Positions 37,828 to 47,121 of a stretch of DNA of 64,000 bases are shown here, piece after piece. The position numbers were made by a program, and so were the translations under genes. The DNA lies in assembly GCA_016188915.1 (NCBI GenBank), contig JACPGU010000002.1, positions 241,211 to 305,210 on the forward strand, given 5' to 3'. This stretch comes from Candidatus Microgenomates bacterium (GTDB lineage Bacteria; Patescibacteriota; JACPGU01). The notes beneath the pieces were generated by a model, which saw only the letters and a list, made by a program, of their open reading frames with translations, had not been told where the DNA came from and searched no databases. The stretch's first letter is position 1, and every line of letters begins with the position of its first letter.

Positions 37828-37987
37828 AAAAAACTGGCCTTTGGCGGCCAGTTGTTTGTCCTGTTTTCAATATCTAAACATGTCAAACTAACTGATCGCC
37901 AAATGGTCAGTATTAAGCCAGAAGAAAAAATTACCTTGAGCAATATTTATCATGATTTTATTATATTCCTAGTCGCAAGATTGTCAA
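37828..37987 (-). promoter_or_regulatory. Promoter plus leader-peptide transcription attenuator (Phe/Trp-rich)
   Basis: TTGACA-16-TATAAT; leader 37953-37888 MINIAQGNFFFWLNTDHLAIS*; terminator 37853-37828; antiterminator 37903-37884. Confidence 0.75.
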
Positions 37988-38054
37988 CACACAAAACAAA
38001 ATTTCGTCTATAGTTGGGATATCTTGAGGTTTGCCTATGAATTTTACTTCGTTG

Positions 38055-38546
38055 TTACAACTTGTCAACAATGTCTATTTTTTTATCCAAGACGATGTCT
38101 TTCTCTCCGAATTTGAACATCCCTTTCAATAAATTTCCTTTTATAACATCTGGTAGCCAGAAAATATCATCCGGCCACATTTCCTGAAAAGGCAATTCAT
38201 TTATGGGAAACCATTTTGGTTTCATTTCATCACTTTCTTTTGGTTCGCCGTTCCAATTTTCAACAAGATAAACGTGAACCATTTGATCCCAGGCTGGATT
38301 ATGAGGAAAGTAAAAAGACAATTCCGCAACTTTGTTTAGGTCTTGCACATCAACATCTATTTCTTCCTTCGTCTCGCGTCTCGCGGCGTCCTCAATCGTT
38401 TCTCTTTGATCATTTACTTTTCCACCGACTCCGTTCCATCTGTTCATGCCAAAACCTCGTTTTTTCATAGCGAGACAAATATTTTTTATCTCCCCGTCTG
38501 ATTTTTTGACCAAAAATAAAAGTGTTGCGTCTCTTAATTTATCCAT
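38055..38546 (-). CDS. NUDIX hydrolase, MTH1-like 8-oxo-dGTPase
   Basis: KKRGFG...WNGVGGKV...ARRETKEE, ESDEMKP.WF, MWPDD.FWLP. Confidence 0.92.
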   Translation of the reverse strand: MDKLRDATLLFLVKKSDGEIKNICLAMKKRGFGMNRWNGVGGKVNDQRETIEDAARRETKEEIDVDVQDLNKVAELSFYFPHNPAWDQMVHVYLVENWNGEPKESDEMKPKWFPINELPFQEMWPDDIFWLPDVIKGNLLKGMFKFGEKDIVLDKKIDIVDKL

Positions 38547-38589
38547 AATTTTTATTTTAATTATAGGTATACAAATTATAGCAGTTTCG

Positions 38590-39189
38590 CTAAAAAGTAG
38601 TTAATGATTTTTGTATTAATTCCGCCACTTCTGGCCAGGAATAAGCGCGACGAACATTGGTGGGTAAAGAACTATTTCTATTCCAAGGATGATCGAGCAA
38701 AATTACTTGTTGGCAAACAGGGGCGCATTCTATGGCATAATGCGCGCCGTCTTCTATCAAAGTGTCCACCCTCAAATTTCGGCAGATATCGGCTTTGGTT
38801 TGCCTTTCTTTTTTTGTGTGAATATTGTCGGAGAAATGAATTTCTAAAAAAGGATTATCAGGAAAATGTTTCGCTAACCATTCGTCGGTTATTGGCCGAT
38901 GTTCGAGAAAACGGGAGGTAATCAAAGACAAATCGTGTCCAGATGAGCGCAGTTTTTTCACTGCCTCTTGCGCGCCATCAAGCGGTAGCATTTTTCTCGC
39001 GTGCCTTGAAGAGAAAAAATCTTTAACGAGCGCCACACCCTCTTCCATAGTGCCATCCCACAGAGTCCAGAGCGCATACTGAACGACATCCTCATAACGA
39101 AAAGATGCCCCCATTTTTTCATTGGTATAAGTCAAAAAACTACGAGTGAAGTCACAAAGCACATTATCTATATCAATGCCGATACGCAT
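38590..39189 (-). CDS. HAD 5'(3')-deoxyribonucleotidase-like protein
   Basis: IGIDIDNVL, ITSR, K...C, LIED, PWN. Confidence 0.88.
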   Translation of the reverse strand: MRIGIDIDNVLCDFTRSFLTYTNEKMGASFRYEDVVQYALWTLWDGTMEEGVALVKDFFSSRHARKMLPLDGAQEAVKKLRSSGHDLSLITSRFLEHRPITDEWLAKHFPDNPFLEIHFSDNIHTKKERQTKADICRNLRVDTLIEDGAHYAIECAPVCQQVILLDHPWNRNSSLPTNVRRAYSWPEVAELIQKSLTTF

Positions 39190-39203
39190 AGATTTTTTAA
39201 TAG

Positions 39204-40511
39204 TTATGGTCGACGGCGACGAAAATGACCGCCAAAAGAGTTGCCGCCACGGTGTGGCCTGCCGGGGCGAGAGCCACCAGATCGGGGAGAGCCGAAATTG
39301 GGACGACCCTTTCCGCCAGTGGTCGGACGGCGCGGCCCCATTTCGTTTCTGGGCATAAAGGGCGCGGGACGGGCGGGTGGTAATTCCGGTAGATAAGAAA
39401 TAGTAATGGTTTGATTGATTAGTCTTTCAATGGCATGCAATTCGCGTTTCTGATCAGGGGCGATGAAAGAAATGGCGTGTCCGCCAGCGCCAGCGCGGGC
39501 TGTTCTGCCGATACGATGGACATAGTCTTCGGCGGCGGCTGGCAGGTCGTAATTGATAACCAGCTCAATGCCGACGACATCAATACCGCGGGAAGCGATG
39601 TCGGTGGCAATCAAGACGCGATATTTGCCCGACTTGAAGCCTTCCAGAGCGTCTCGTCTTTGCGAGAGAGATCTATTGGAATGAAGCTCGGCCACCGTGT
39701 GTCCCATTTCGCGAATAGCCAGCGTCAGTCGCTTGGCGGTGTGCTTGGTGCGAGTGAAGATCAAGGTGGCGCCACGATAATCATTTAATAATTTTTCTAT
39801 CAAACGATTTTTTGCTTCTTTGGGGAGCATGAAAACTTCTTGAGTGATTTTGTCCACGGTAGAACCAGCGGGAGCGACCTCTATCCTAATCGGCGTTTTC
39901 ATATAAGTAGTCGCTATCTTCATAATCTCGTAGGGCATCGTGGCGGAAAAAAGCATAGTTTGGCGTCGAGAGGGCAGGGTGGCAAAAATCTTTTTAATCT
40001 GGGGAGCGAAGCCCATGTCGAGCATTCTGTCAGCTTCGTCTAGGACGACAATACGCACTTCGTCTAGCTTCACTGTCTTTTGTTGCAAGTGGTCATTTAA
40101 TCTTCCCGGAGTAGCGATAATGATGTGTGGGCTACGGGCTAGCGCGGAAATCTGCGGTTGCAGAGATGTCCCGCCGATTAAGATCACTGTTTTGAGGCCG
40201 AGATGTCCGCCGATTTTGCGCAAAGATTCGTCTACTTGGATAGCCAGTTCTCTGGTCGGCAAAACCACTAGGCCGCGCGCGCCCTTTTCCGCTTGCAGTC
40301 TTTGGATCATTGGTAGGCCGAAAGCCAAGGTTTTGCCCGTGCCTGTCTGCGCGATGCCGACGACATCTTGACCGTCCATAGCGACAGGGATGGCTTGTGT
40401 CTGAATGGGCGTTGGCTGGGCGTATTTGAGCTTTGATAATATTTCCAAAAAATCCGGGGCGATCCCCAGCCCGGAAAAATTTGGCGTTGATGGTTGAGTA
40501 TTTGGTTCCAT
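39204..40511 (-). CDS. DEAD-box RNA helicase (RhlE-like)
   Basis: AQTGTGKT, PTRELA, TPGRL, DEAD, SAT, HRIGRTARAG, Arg/Gly-rich tail. Confidence 0.96.
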   Translation of the reverse strand: MEPNTQPSTPNFSGLGIAPDFLEILSKLKYAQPTPIQTQAIPVAMDGQDVVGIAQTGTGKTLAFGLPMIQRLQAEKGARGLVVLPTRELAIQVDESLRKIGGHLGLKTVILIGGTSLQPQISALARSPHIIIATPGRLNDHLQQKTVKLDEVRIVVLDEADRMLDMGFAPQIKKIFATLPSRRQTMLFSATMPYEIMKIATTYMKTPIRIEVAPAGSTVDKITQEVFMLPKEAKNRLIEKLLNDYRGATLIFTRTKHTAKRLTLAIREMGHTVAELHSNRSLSQRRDALEGFKSGKYRVLIATDIASRGIDVVGIELVINYDLPAAAEDYVHRIGRTARAGAGGHAISFIAPDQKRELHAIERLINQTITISYLPELPPARPAPFMPRNEMGPRRPTTGGKGRPNFGSPRSGGSRPGRPHRGGNSFGGHFRRRRP

Positions 40512-40583
40512 ATTGGTGATTAATGGCTAAGCTACTAAGTATTAATAGCAATGATTATTTGTTTTTAGTATATTTTGTGGATA

Positions 40584-40838
40584 TTAACGATGAGGACAAC
40601 CGGCCCAACAGCAAGGCCGACGCTTTCCGTTCGTGAGATCCACGCACAGTCTCTCAACTCGACGTTTTCTGGTTTCTAGTTTCTTTGCGGATATAATCCA
40701 GCAAATCCATTCATTACGCGCGAGTGGCGTAATGTCCTTCCACGCTGTTTGCGCCGTCGGGGTTGTAGCAAGAGCCTTTCGTAAATCAATCGGTATTCTA
40801 TGTGGCGTCACGCCGATGGTAGCTTCTTTTTTTAGCAT
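40584..40838 (-). CDS. YdeI/OmpD-associated domain protein
   Basis: P.DL..AL...A...W...TP..R.EW..WI.SAKK.ETR.RR. Confidence 0.8.
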   Translation of the reverse strand: MLKKEATIGVTPHRIPIDLRKALATTPTAQTAWKDITPLARNEWICWIISAKKLETRKRRVERLCVDLTNGKRRPCCWAGCPHR

Positions 40839-41100
40839 ATATTTTTGACTCCAAAATAAGCGACTCTTTCAAATCGTGAAGTTTCTGCCAACGGTACCTT
40901 TTGGTTAAAATCCGAACTTTTTTTGACGAAAATCCGAATCCCGAATTTTAAAATCCAATCGCTCGGGCGGGCAAAAAGGAAGGGGGTTGGGGGGAGCGAA
41001 TTTTTGCCCGCCCTCGCTTTCCGATTCCAATTTTTTTCCGCCTCCGCCGAATTTTGTGCCAGTGAAACTGGCGCGCCGTCCAATAGGTTTATTATAGCCG

Positions 41101-41976
41101 CTATTTCGAAACGAATCCAGCAGAGACCACCAAAATCAAACCCAAAATATAAACCGGTAAAAAGATTTCTTGAAAGAATAAAACAATCAAAATAGCCGCA
41201 AGGATAGGAGTTAGGAAAACAAAAGGCGCGATAAATGACGCTTTGGCATAGCTTAATCCTTTCAGCCAAAGAATATAAGAAAATCCGTTTATAAAAATCC
41301 CATTCCCTAAAATTGGAATTAATTCATTTTTTGACGGCATTGCAAAATGAGAAAATAATAACATTGCAATAAAAGAAAATAGCGTCGCCGAAAGAAAAAA
41401 TAATGTGGTCGCAGAAAATGGTTCAAAATTTACTTTTTTACTTAATACTGAAAATAAGCCAAAAACAGAAGCTGCAAATAAAACAATGAAATCGGTGAAT
41501 AAATTACTTAAATTTACCGCCGAAAAATCTCCCTTAGTTAATACAACGAAAACGCCGATAAACCCCAAAATGATGGCGATTATATTTCTTAGAGAAATTT
41601 TTTCCTTCAGAAAGAAGAAAGAAAAAATTACAATAAAAATAGGCCAAGTATATTGGATAATCAAAACTTCTAAACCTTTCGCATTGGCATATCCGAAGTA
41701 AAGAAGTAAATAATATAAAAAAGTTCCTAAAAATCCCAAACCAAGAGCAGTAAAAAAAGATTTTTTGTTGTAATTTTTTAATTCAAAAGCTTTACCTGAA
41801 AATATTGTGCTTAATAGTAAAACTACAAACGAAAGCAAGCTAGACCAAAACAAAAATTGATAATTATCCAAATTTGTCTGACCAAGTCTAGAGACAACTG
41901 GTATAAATGCCCAGAGTATTATGCAGGCAAAAATAAAAAGAAGTGCTTTTGATTTGTTTTCAGAAATTATAGTCAT
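41101..41976 (-). CDS. DMT/EamA family transporter
   Basis: About 10 TM helices in two repeats; Y.WP, LKEKI, L.P motifs. Confidence 0.92.
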   Translation of the reverse strand: MTIISENKSKALLFIFACIILWAFIPVVSRLGQTNLDNYQFLFWSSLLSFVVLLLSTIFSGKAFELKNYNKKSFFTALGLGFLGTFLYYLLLYFGYANAKGLEVLIIQYTWPIFIVIFSFFFLKEKISLRNIIAIILGFIGVFVVLTKGDFSAVNLSNLFTDFIVLFAASVFGLFSVLSKKVNFEPFSATTLFFLSATLFSFIAMLLFSHFAMPSKNELIPILGNGIFINGFSYILWLKGLSYAKASFIAPFVFLTPILAAILIVLFFQEIFLPVYILGLILVVSAGFVSK

Positions 41977-41978
41977 AA

Positions 41979-42806
41979 CTATTTTTTCCTTACAATAATC
42001 ATCATGTGTCCACTTGTGTCAACAACAAAAGACTCGGTGCAAATTTGCATATGAATTTCAAGCCAATTTTTCCACGCTTCTGGAAATTTCTTCGCAAATT
42101 TGTTCGTTACTTTTTCATCAACATTCAATCCCTCTAGGCCAATCTTGCTGATAACTTCAATATTTTCTTTCAAAAACATTTTCTCTAATTCATCAGAAGT
42201 AAAATAATGGCAATAGCCATTACCCCGCCATTTATAATCCTCTCCATTTTCAACAAGGTTTTGAAAATGTTTTTTGAAACCAACTTCTTGCGGCCAGCCC
42301 GCTGGTGTGGCCAGCATAACTCCATATTTGCTCATTACGGAAGCAAAAATTGGTGCGCCAGCTTTTGCGACTCTTACCAATTCTGAAATGGCTTTCTGTC
42401 GTTTTGCTTTTGGGTGAACATGCGAAAGTGGACCACCTAAACACAAAACTGCATCAAAAGAATTGTCAGAAAATTTTGAGAGGTTGGTTATTGATCCTTG
42501 GACAATATTCTTCACTTTATTAGTGACTTTTTCTTTCTTGATTTGTTTTTTCGCAAGTTCCAAATGCTCAGCTACTAAGTCAAACAAAATAACATCGTAG
42601 CCCAATTTTGCGAGCTCAATAGTATATCTTCCTGGGCCACCTCCGGCATCTAAAACTAAACCATTTTTAGGAAGATATTTTTTAAGAAAAGAAAAAGTCG
42701 TTAAAAATTCTAATTCATGAAATGAGTCTTTAATTAATCTTTTCCATTCACCATTTACACTGGCGGAATAAACTTTTTTTGTTAGTTTTGTTTCTTTGCT
42801 GTCCAT
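41979..42806 (-). CDS. Class I SAM-dependent methyltransferase
   Basis: VLDAGGGPGRY, FSDNSFDAVLCLGGPL, EL.RV.K.G. Confidence 0.92.
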   Translation of the reverse strand: MDSKETKLTKKVYSASVNGEWKRLIKDSFHELEFLTTFSFLKKYLPKNGLVLDAGGGPGRYTIELAKLGYDVILFDLVAEHLELAKKQIKKEKVTNKVKNIVQGSITNLSKFSDNSFDAVLCLGGPLSHVHPKAKRQKAISELVRVAKAGAPIFASVMSKYGVMLATPAGWPQEVGFKKHFQNLVENGEDYKWRGNGYCHYFTSDELEKMFLKENIEVISKIGLEGLNVDEKVTNKFAKKFPEAWKNWLEIHMQICTESFVVDTSGHMMIIVRKK

Positions 42807-42808
42807 GG

Positions 42809-43024
42809 TTATTTAATTAAATCATCAACCGAAACATCTAGCGCTTTGGCGATTTTTCGCAAGGTTTCAATTGTTGGATTAGTAATTCCGCCGGTTTCAA
42901 GTTTAATGATTGAATTATAAGAAACATCCGCCGCTTTTGAGAGGCGATCTTGCGACAAGCCCTTGGCTTGCCTTGACCTCTTTATGTTCTTGATGTTCTT
43001 GCTTATTTTATTATCTTGCGTCAA
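42809..43024 (-). CDS. XRE-family HTH regulator
   Basis: R..KGLSQ..L...A.VS...I.KLE.G...NPTI.TL.KIA.AL.VS. Confidence 0.92.
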   Translation of the reverse strand: MTQDNKISKNIKNIKRSRQAKGLSQDRLSKAADVSYNSIIKLETGGITNPTIETLRKIAKALDVSVDDLIK

Positions 43025-43097
43025 TACTACTATTATCTAAACCCTGAAACCACCGTTTGTAGAAATATTTTGGTATAAATACCAAAATATTTCTACA

Positions 43098-43116
43098 AAC
43101 GGAGAAGGAGGGATTC
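43098..43116. repeat. 19-bp duplication of the tRNA-Ser(GCT) 3' end (att-like)
   Basis: AACGGAGAAGGAGGGATTC is identical at 43298-43316. Confidence 0.85.
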
Positions 43117-43257
43117 CTCTTCGCTCCGACCCGCCTAGACTCGGCGAGGCTGGCTCGAATTCGGGGCGCTACACACAATGAAAAGTTGCGCTCGCTCGCT
43201 TTCCACCTGCCTGCCGGCAGGCAGGCTCGCGCCCTTCGAATCCCCGCCATATCTTGA

Positions 43258-43299
43258 TTGATAACCAAAGAATATCAATTGATATTCTTTGGTTATCAA
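43258..43299. repeat. Perfect 42-bp palindrome directly after tRNA-Ser(GCT)
   Basis: TTGATAACCAAAGAATATCAA-TTGATATTCTTTGGTTATCAA. Confidence 0.85.
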
Positions 43300-43390
43300 C
43301 GGAGAAGGAGGGATTCGAACCCTCGATACGGGTTTTCACCCGTATAACGGTTTAGCAAACCGCCGCCTTCAGCCACTCGGCCACCTCTCC
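43300..43390 (-). tRNA. tRNA-Ser(GCT)
   Basis: GGAGAGGTGGCCGAGTGGCTGAAGGC; anticodon arm GCGGT-TTGCTAA-ACCGT; long variable arm; G discriminator. Confidence 0.95.
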
Positions 43391-43551
43391 ATATTTTTGA
43401 TTTAAACATCACGATAGACTGAAACATCTTTTCTGCTCTAGGCGGCATATCAACCTTTGGTTGATTACGCCTTTCCCGCCACAACTATCATAAAATATTA
43501 TAGTAGGCGGGACCCCTGCCTCGCCGGCAGGCAGGCCGCCTTTGGCGGTGG

Positions 43552-43572
43552 CAGCCACTCGGCCACCTCTCC
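43552..43572 (-). repeat. 21-bp duplication of the tRNA-Ser(GCT) 5' end
   Basis: Identical to 43370-43390 and followed on the minus strand by CCACCGCCAAAGGCGG. Confidence 0.85.
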
Positions 43573-43676
43573 TGGTCTAATTTTGCTCCAAATCTTTGAT
43601 TTTCTTGTCCATCTTAGCACAATTAAGAAATTGAGTTAATATGGAGATTCCGATATAATCATGTGGTAAATCAAAT

Positions 43677-43763
43677 GGAGAGCTGCCAGAGTGGTCGAAT
43701 GGGCCGCACTCGAAATGCGGTAAGGGCGTAAGCCTTTCAGAGGTTCGAATCCTCTGCTCTCCG
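43677..43763 (+). tRNA. tRNA-Ser(CGA)
   Basis: GGAGAGC/GCTCTCC acceptor; CCGCA-CTCGAAA-TGCGG; long variable arm; GTTCGAATC. Confidence 0.95.
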
Positions 43764-43836
43764 TTTGCCCTAAACAATAGAGCGGCAAACCTAAAAGACC
43801 TATACTTTCATAGCTTCAAACTTATTATCATAAGGA

Positions 43837-44697
43837 TTATTTAAGGTTACTTAAATATTTCTTCAATTCATCTTTGGTCTCAGGATGTTTTAGCCCTAGC
43901 TCTATATTGGCTTTGAGCCAGCCGATTTTGGAGCCGGTATCATAATATTTACCTTCTATCTGACAAGCATAGACGGGACGTTTTTTGACCAAATTATTGA
44001 TGGCATCGGTCAGCCATTTTTCTCCACCTTTTCCAGGCTTTAGATTCTCTATTTCATCAAAAATGTCAGGAGTCAAAATATAGCCGGAAGGAGCGGCCAA
44101 AAGAGAGGGAGTTTTCTCTGGGCCCGGTTTTTCCACTACGGATTTTACTTGATAAATATTGCCGGTTATTTTGTCGGCCTCCAACATACCGTATTTTTCG
44201 GTATCAGCTTTTTCTACCGTATAGCCAGTTAGGACAGGATTTTGATATTGATTGAAAACTTCAATCAATTGTTTCAAGCGGGGCTTTTCGCCGACAAAAA
44301 GATCGTCACCAAAAGCGACGGCAAAAGGTTCATCGCCGATAATGCTTTTGGCGCACAAAACAGCGGCGCCATTGCCTGGAGAACCTTTTTGGCGGACATA
44401 GACAAAATTGGCCATTTGAGCTATTTTTCTTACTTCGGCCAACATCTCTTTTTGTCCCTTTGTCTCCAGCCATTGCTCTACGTCTTTAGAATAATCAAAA
44501 TGATCCTCAACGGATCTTTTCATGGAGCTAGTCACCAAGATAATATCGGTAATACCAGAGGCTACTGCTTCTTCTACGATGTATTGCAAGATAGGCTTGT
44601 CTACTATTGGCAACATTTCTTTGGGCTGAGCCTTGGTAGCTGGCAAAAATCTTGTACCAAAACCGGCTACCGGTATTACGCATTTTCTTATCGGCAT
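43837..44697 (-). CDS. galU: UTP--glucose-1-phosphate uridylyltransferase
   Basis: VIPVAGFGTRFLPATKAQPKEMLPIVDKP, VEKP, LTDAI; start MPIRK. Confidence 0.96.
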   Translation of the reverse strand: MPIRKCVIPVAGFGTRFLPATKAQPKEMLPIVDKPILQYIVEEAVASGITDIILVTSSMKRSVEDHFDYSKDVEQWLETKGQKEMLAEVRKIAQMANFVYVRQKGSPGNGAAVLCAKSIIGDEPFAVAFGDDLFVGEKPRLKQLIEVFNQYQNPVLTGYTVEKADTEKYGMLEADKITGNIYQVKSVVEKPGPEKTPSLLAAPSGYILTPDIFDEIENLKPGKGGEKWLTDAINNLVKKRPVYACQIEGKYYDTGSKIGWLKANIELGLKHPETKDELKKYLSNLK

Positions 44698-44728
44698 ATT
44701 TTTTGTTGCATTAATTGGACTTAATTTC

Positions 44729-44986
44729 ATCTGCATGGTGGAGGGGGAGACCCGCCTGCTGGCGAGGCAGGGATTCGCCCAGTTATTCGACTGGGCACCA
44801 GATCGAATAATCTGGCAAACTCATTTACTGCCTTAAACGGAGAGAGTGGGATTCGAACCCACGAACCACTTGCGTGGTTAACAGTTTTCAAGACTGTCGC
44901 CTTCAACCACTCGGCCATCTCTCCGCTTCTCTGCGGTGGCAAGACAATTGCACTAAACTACTATGCGACCCCTCCACCATGCAGAT
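44729..44986 (-). pseudogene. Relic tRNA-like shell with an 18-bp inverted repeat enclosing tRNA-Ser(TGA)
   Basis: ATCTGCATGGTGGAGGGG (44729-44746) / CCCCTCCACCATGCAGAT (44969-44986); minus-strand 5' half GGAGGGGTCGCATAGTAGTTTAGTGCAATTGTCTTG; 3' part CGAATCCC...CCCCTCCACCA. Confidence 0.55.
44838..44924 (-). tRNA. tRNA-Ser(TGA)
   Basis: GGAGAGA/TCTCTCC acceptor; ACAGT-CTTGAAA-ACTGT; long variable arm. Confidence 0.95.
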
Positions 44987-45153
44987 TTTCCCTTAAGCTA
45001 TGCTATCATACTATAAAATTTGACTGATTTCAACTGAGTAGATATACAGATATTTTTACTATATTTAGCCAAAATGTTAAATAAAGAATTTGACCAGAAG
45101 AGCTTTTTGTGCTAAATTTAAAAAATCATAACAACATTTAATATATTATTTCT

Positions 45154-46968
45154 ATGAAGTTCATTTTTGATTTTTTGAAAAATAATTGGATTATCCTTTT
45201 ACTGGTTGTGATTGTCGCGACTAGTTTTGGGTATTCTGATTACAGCAAACGCACTATCCCCAAAGAAGAAATAGGCATTTCCGAAATAGCCGAGCAGGTA
45301 GAAAAAGGAATGGTGGAAAAAATAGAAATCACCGGCAATCAATTAAAAATCTTTTTTAAAGAAAAAGATGAGAAGGGCCAGAGCAAAACAGAGACTACCT
45401 ACAAAGAAGACGGCGTTTCTCTGACTCAATATGGTATCACTCCTGAAAAAGTAAAAATTGATATTAAAAATGCCGAAGCCGGCTCTATTTGGTGGGGAAT
45501 TTTTTCCACCTTTGTTCCCTTTCTTTTGCTGGCCGGATTTTTATGGTTTATTTTTCGTCAAGCGCAGGGTGCCAACTCGCAAGCTATGTCTTTTGGTAAA
45601 TCAAAAGCCAGGCTCAATATTCAAAATGTAAAAACTACCTTTGCTGATGTGGCGGGCAGTGAAGAGTCTAAAAAAGATTTGATTGAAGTGGTAGATTTTT
45701 TGAAAAATCCAAAAAAATATCGCGATTTGGGAGCGCAGATTCCGAGAGGAGTTTTACTCATTGGACCTCCAGGAACAGGAAAAACATTGCTAGCCAAAGC
45801 TGTGGCCGGCGAGGCAGGAGCGCCATTTTTTTCCATTTCCGGCTCGGAATTTGTGGAGATGTTTGTCGGCGTGGGAGCGTCTCGTGTCCGCGATCTTTTT
45901 GCCAAAGCTCGTCGCAACGCACCGTGCATTATTTTTATTGACGAAATAGACGCTGTCGGTCGTCAAAGAGGAGCGGGTCTAGGTGGATCTCATGATGAAA
46001 GAGAGCAGACATTGAACCAAATTTTGGTAGAATTGGATGGTTTTGACACCGAAGAAAATGTCATCGTCATGGCGGCTACCAATAGGCCTGATGTGTTGGA
46101 TCCGGCGCTACTTCGTCCCGGCCGTTTTGATCGCCAAGTTTTGGTTGATCTGCCGGACATTAAAGAGCGCGAAGCTATTCTCGCGGTACACGCCAAAGGA
46201 AAGCCTTTGGCCAAAGATGTTGATCTAAAAAAATTAGCACAAAAAACTTCTGGTTTCTCTGGTGCTGATTTGAAAAATCTTTTGAACGAAGGCGCTATTT
46301 TGGCTGCCAGAGAGAACAAAAAAAATATCGGGCAGGCCGATGTAGCTGAAGCGATAGAAAAAGTAATGATGGGACCGGAAAGAAAAAGCAAGGTAATATC
46401 AGAAAAAGAAAAACAAATTACCGCCTACCATGAGGCGGGACACGCTCTTGTTGCCCATTTCTCTCCTCATGCCGATCCGGTGCATAAAATTTCCATTATC
46501 TCTCGTGGTCGCGCTCTGGGCTATACTTGGAATCCGCCAGAGCAAGATAGGGTTCTGCAATCCAGATCGGAATTTGAGGACGATTTGGCGGTAATGCTGG
46601 GCGGGAGAGAGGCAGAGCTTTTGACTTTTAAAGAGGTTACTACTGGCGCGCATAATGATCTGGCAAGGGTTTCCAAACTAGCACGCGCCATGGTGACCGA
46701 ATACGGTATGAGCGACAAATTAGGGCCTATCTCGCTAAACGGCAAAGATAGTGTAGTTTTTTTGGGTAAGGATTTGGCCGAAGCAAAAAATTATAGTGAA
46801 AAAACCGCGCAAATAATAGACGAAGAAATTTCTCGCATTATTGAAATGGCCGGTAAAGCTGCACGCGATATTTTGATCAAAAATAAGGCCATTTTGAAAA
46901 AGTTAACTGATGAATTGTTAGTCAAAGAAACTTTAGAGCGCGAGGAATTTGAAGCGCTGATGGGATAA
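45154..46968 (+). CDS. ftsH: ATP-dependent zinc metalloprotease FtsH
   Basis: Two [29 protein letters not shown]. Confidence 0.98.
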   Translation: MKFIFDFLKNNWIILLLVVIVATSFGYSDYSKRTIPKEEIGISEIAEQVEKGMVEKIEITGNQLKIFFKEKDEKGQSKTETTYKEDGVSLTQYGITPEKVKIDIKNAEAGSIWWGIFSTFVPFLLLAGFLWFIFRQAQGANSQAMSFGKSKARLNIQNVKTTFADVAGSEESKKDLIEVVDFLKNPKKYRDLGAQIPRGVLLIGPPGTGKTLLAKAVAGEAGAPFFSISGSEFVEMFVGVGASRVRDLFAKARRNAPCIIFIDEIDAVGRQRGAGLGGSHDEREQTLNQILVELDGFDTEENVIVMAATNRPDVLDPALLRPGRFDRQVLVDLPDIKEREAILAVHAKGKPLAKDVDLKKLAQKTSGFSGADLKNLLNEGAILAARENKKNIGQADVAEAIEKVMMGPERKSKVISEKEKQITAYHEAGHALVAHFSPHADPVHKISIISRGRALGYTWNPPEQDRVLQSRSEFEDDLAVMLGGREAELLTFKEVTTGAHNDLARVSKLARAMVTEYGMSDKLGPISLNGKDSVVFLGKDLAEAKNYSEKTAQIIDEEISRIIEMAGKAARDILIKNKAILKKLTDELLVKETLEREEFEALMG

Positions 46969-47121
46969 GTATTGTTAAGACGCACAAAGTTGTAACTGAA
47001 AAATAGGGCGCGATGATAAATGTCGTGCTCTATTTTCTTATCCAAAAATTTCTACTCTATTTCTGCTCTATGGTATAATCTATTTGTGTGGTTAGTTTTT
47101 AGTTCGTTCAATTCGTGTATC

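Noticed and set aside
40832-41269. 145-aa minus and 90-aa plus ORFs
   Set aside because: They overlap the EamA gene and a structured non-coding patch, with no recognisable domain
43011-44942. Short ORFs at 43011, 43296, 43457, 43577, 44633 and 44727
   Set aside because: They are translations of tRNA genes and palindromes
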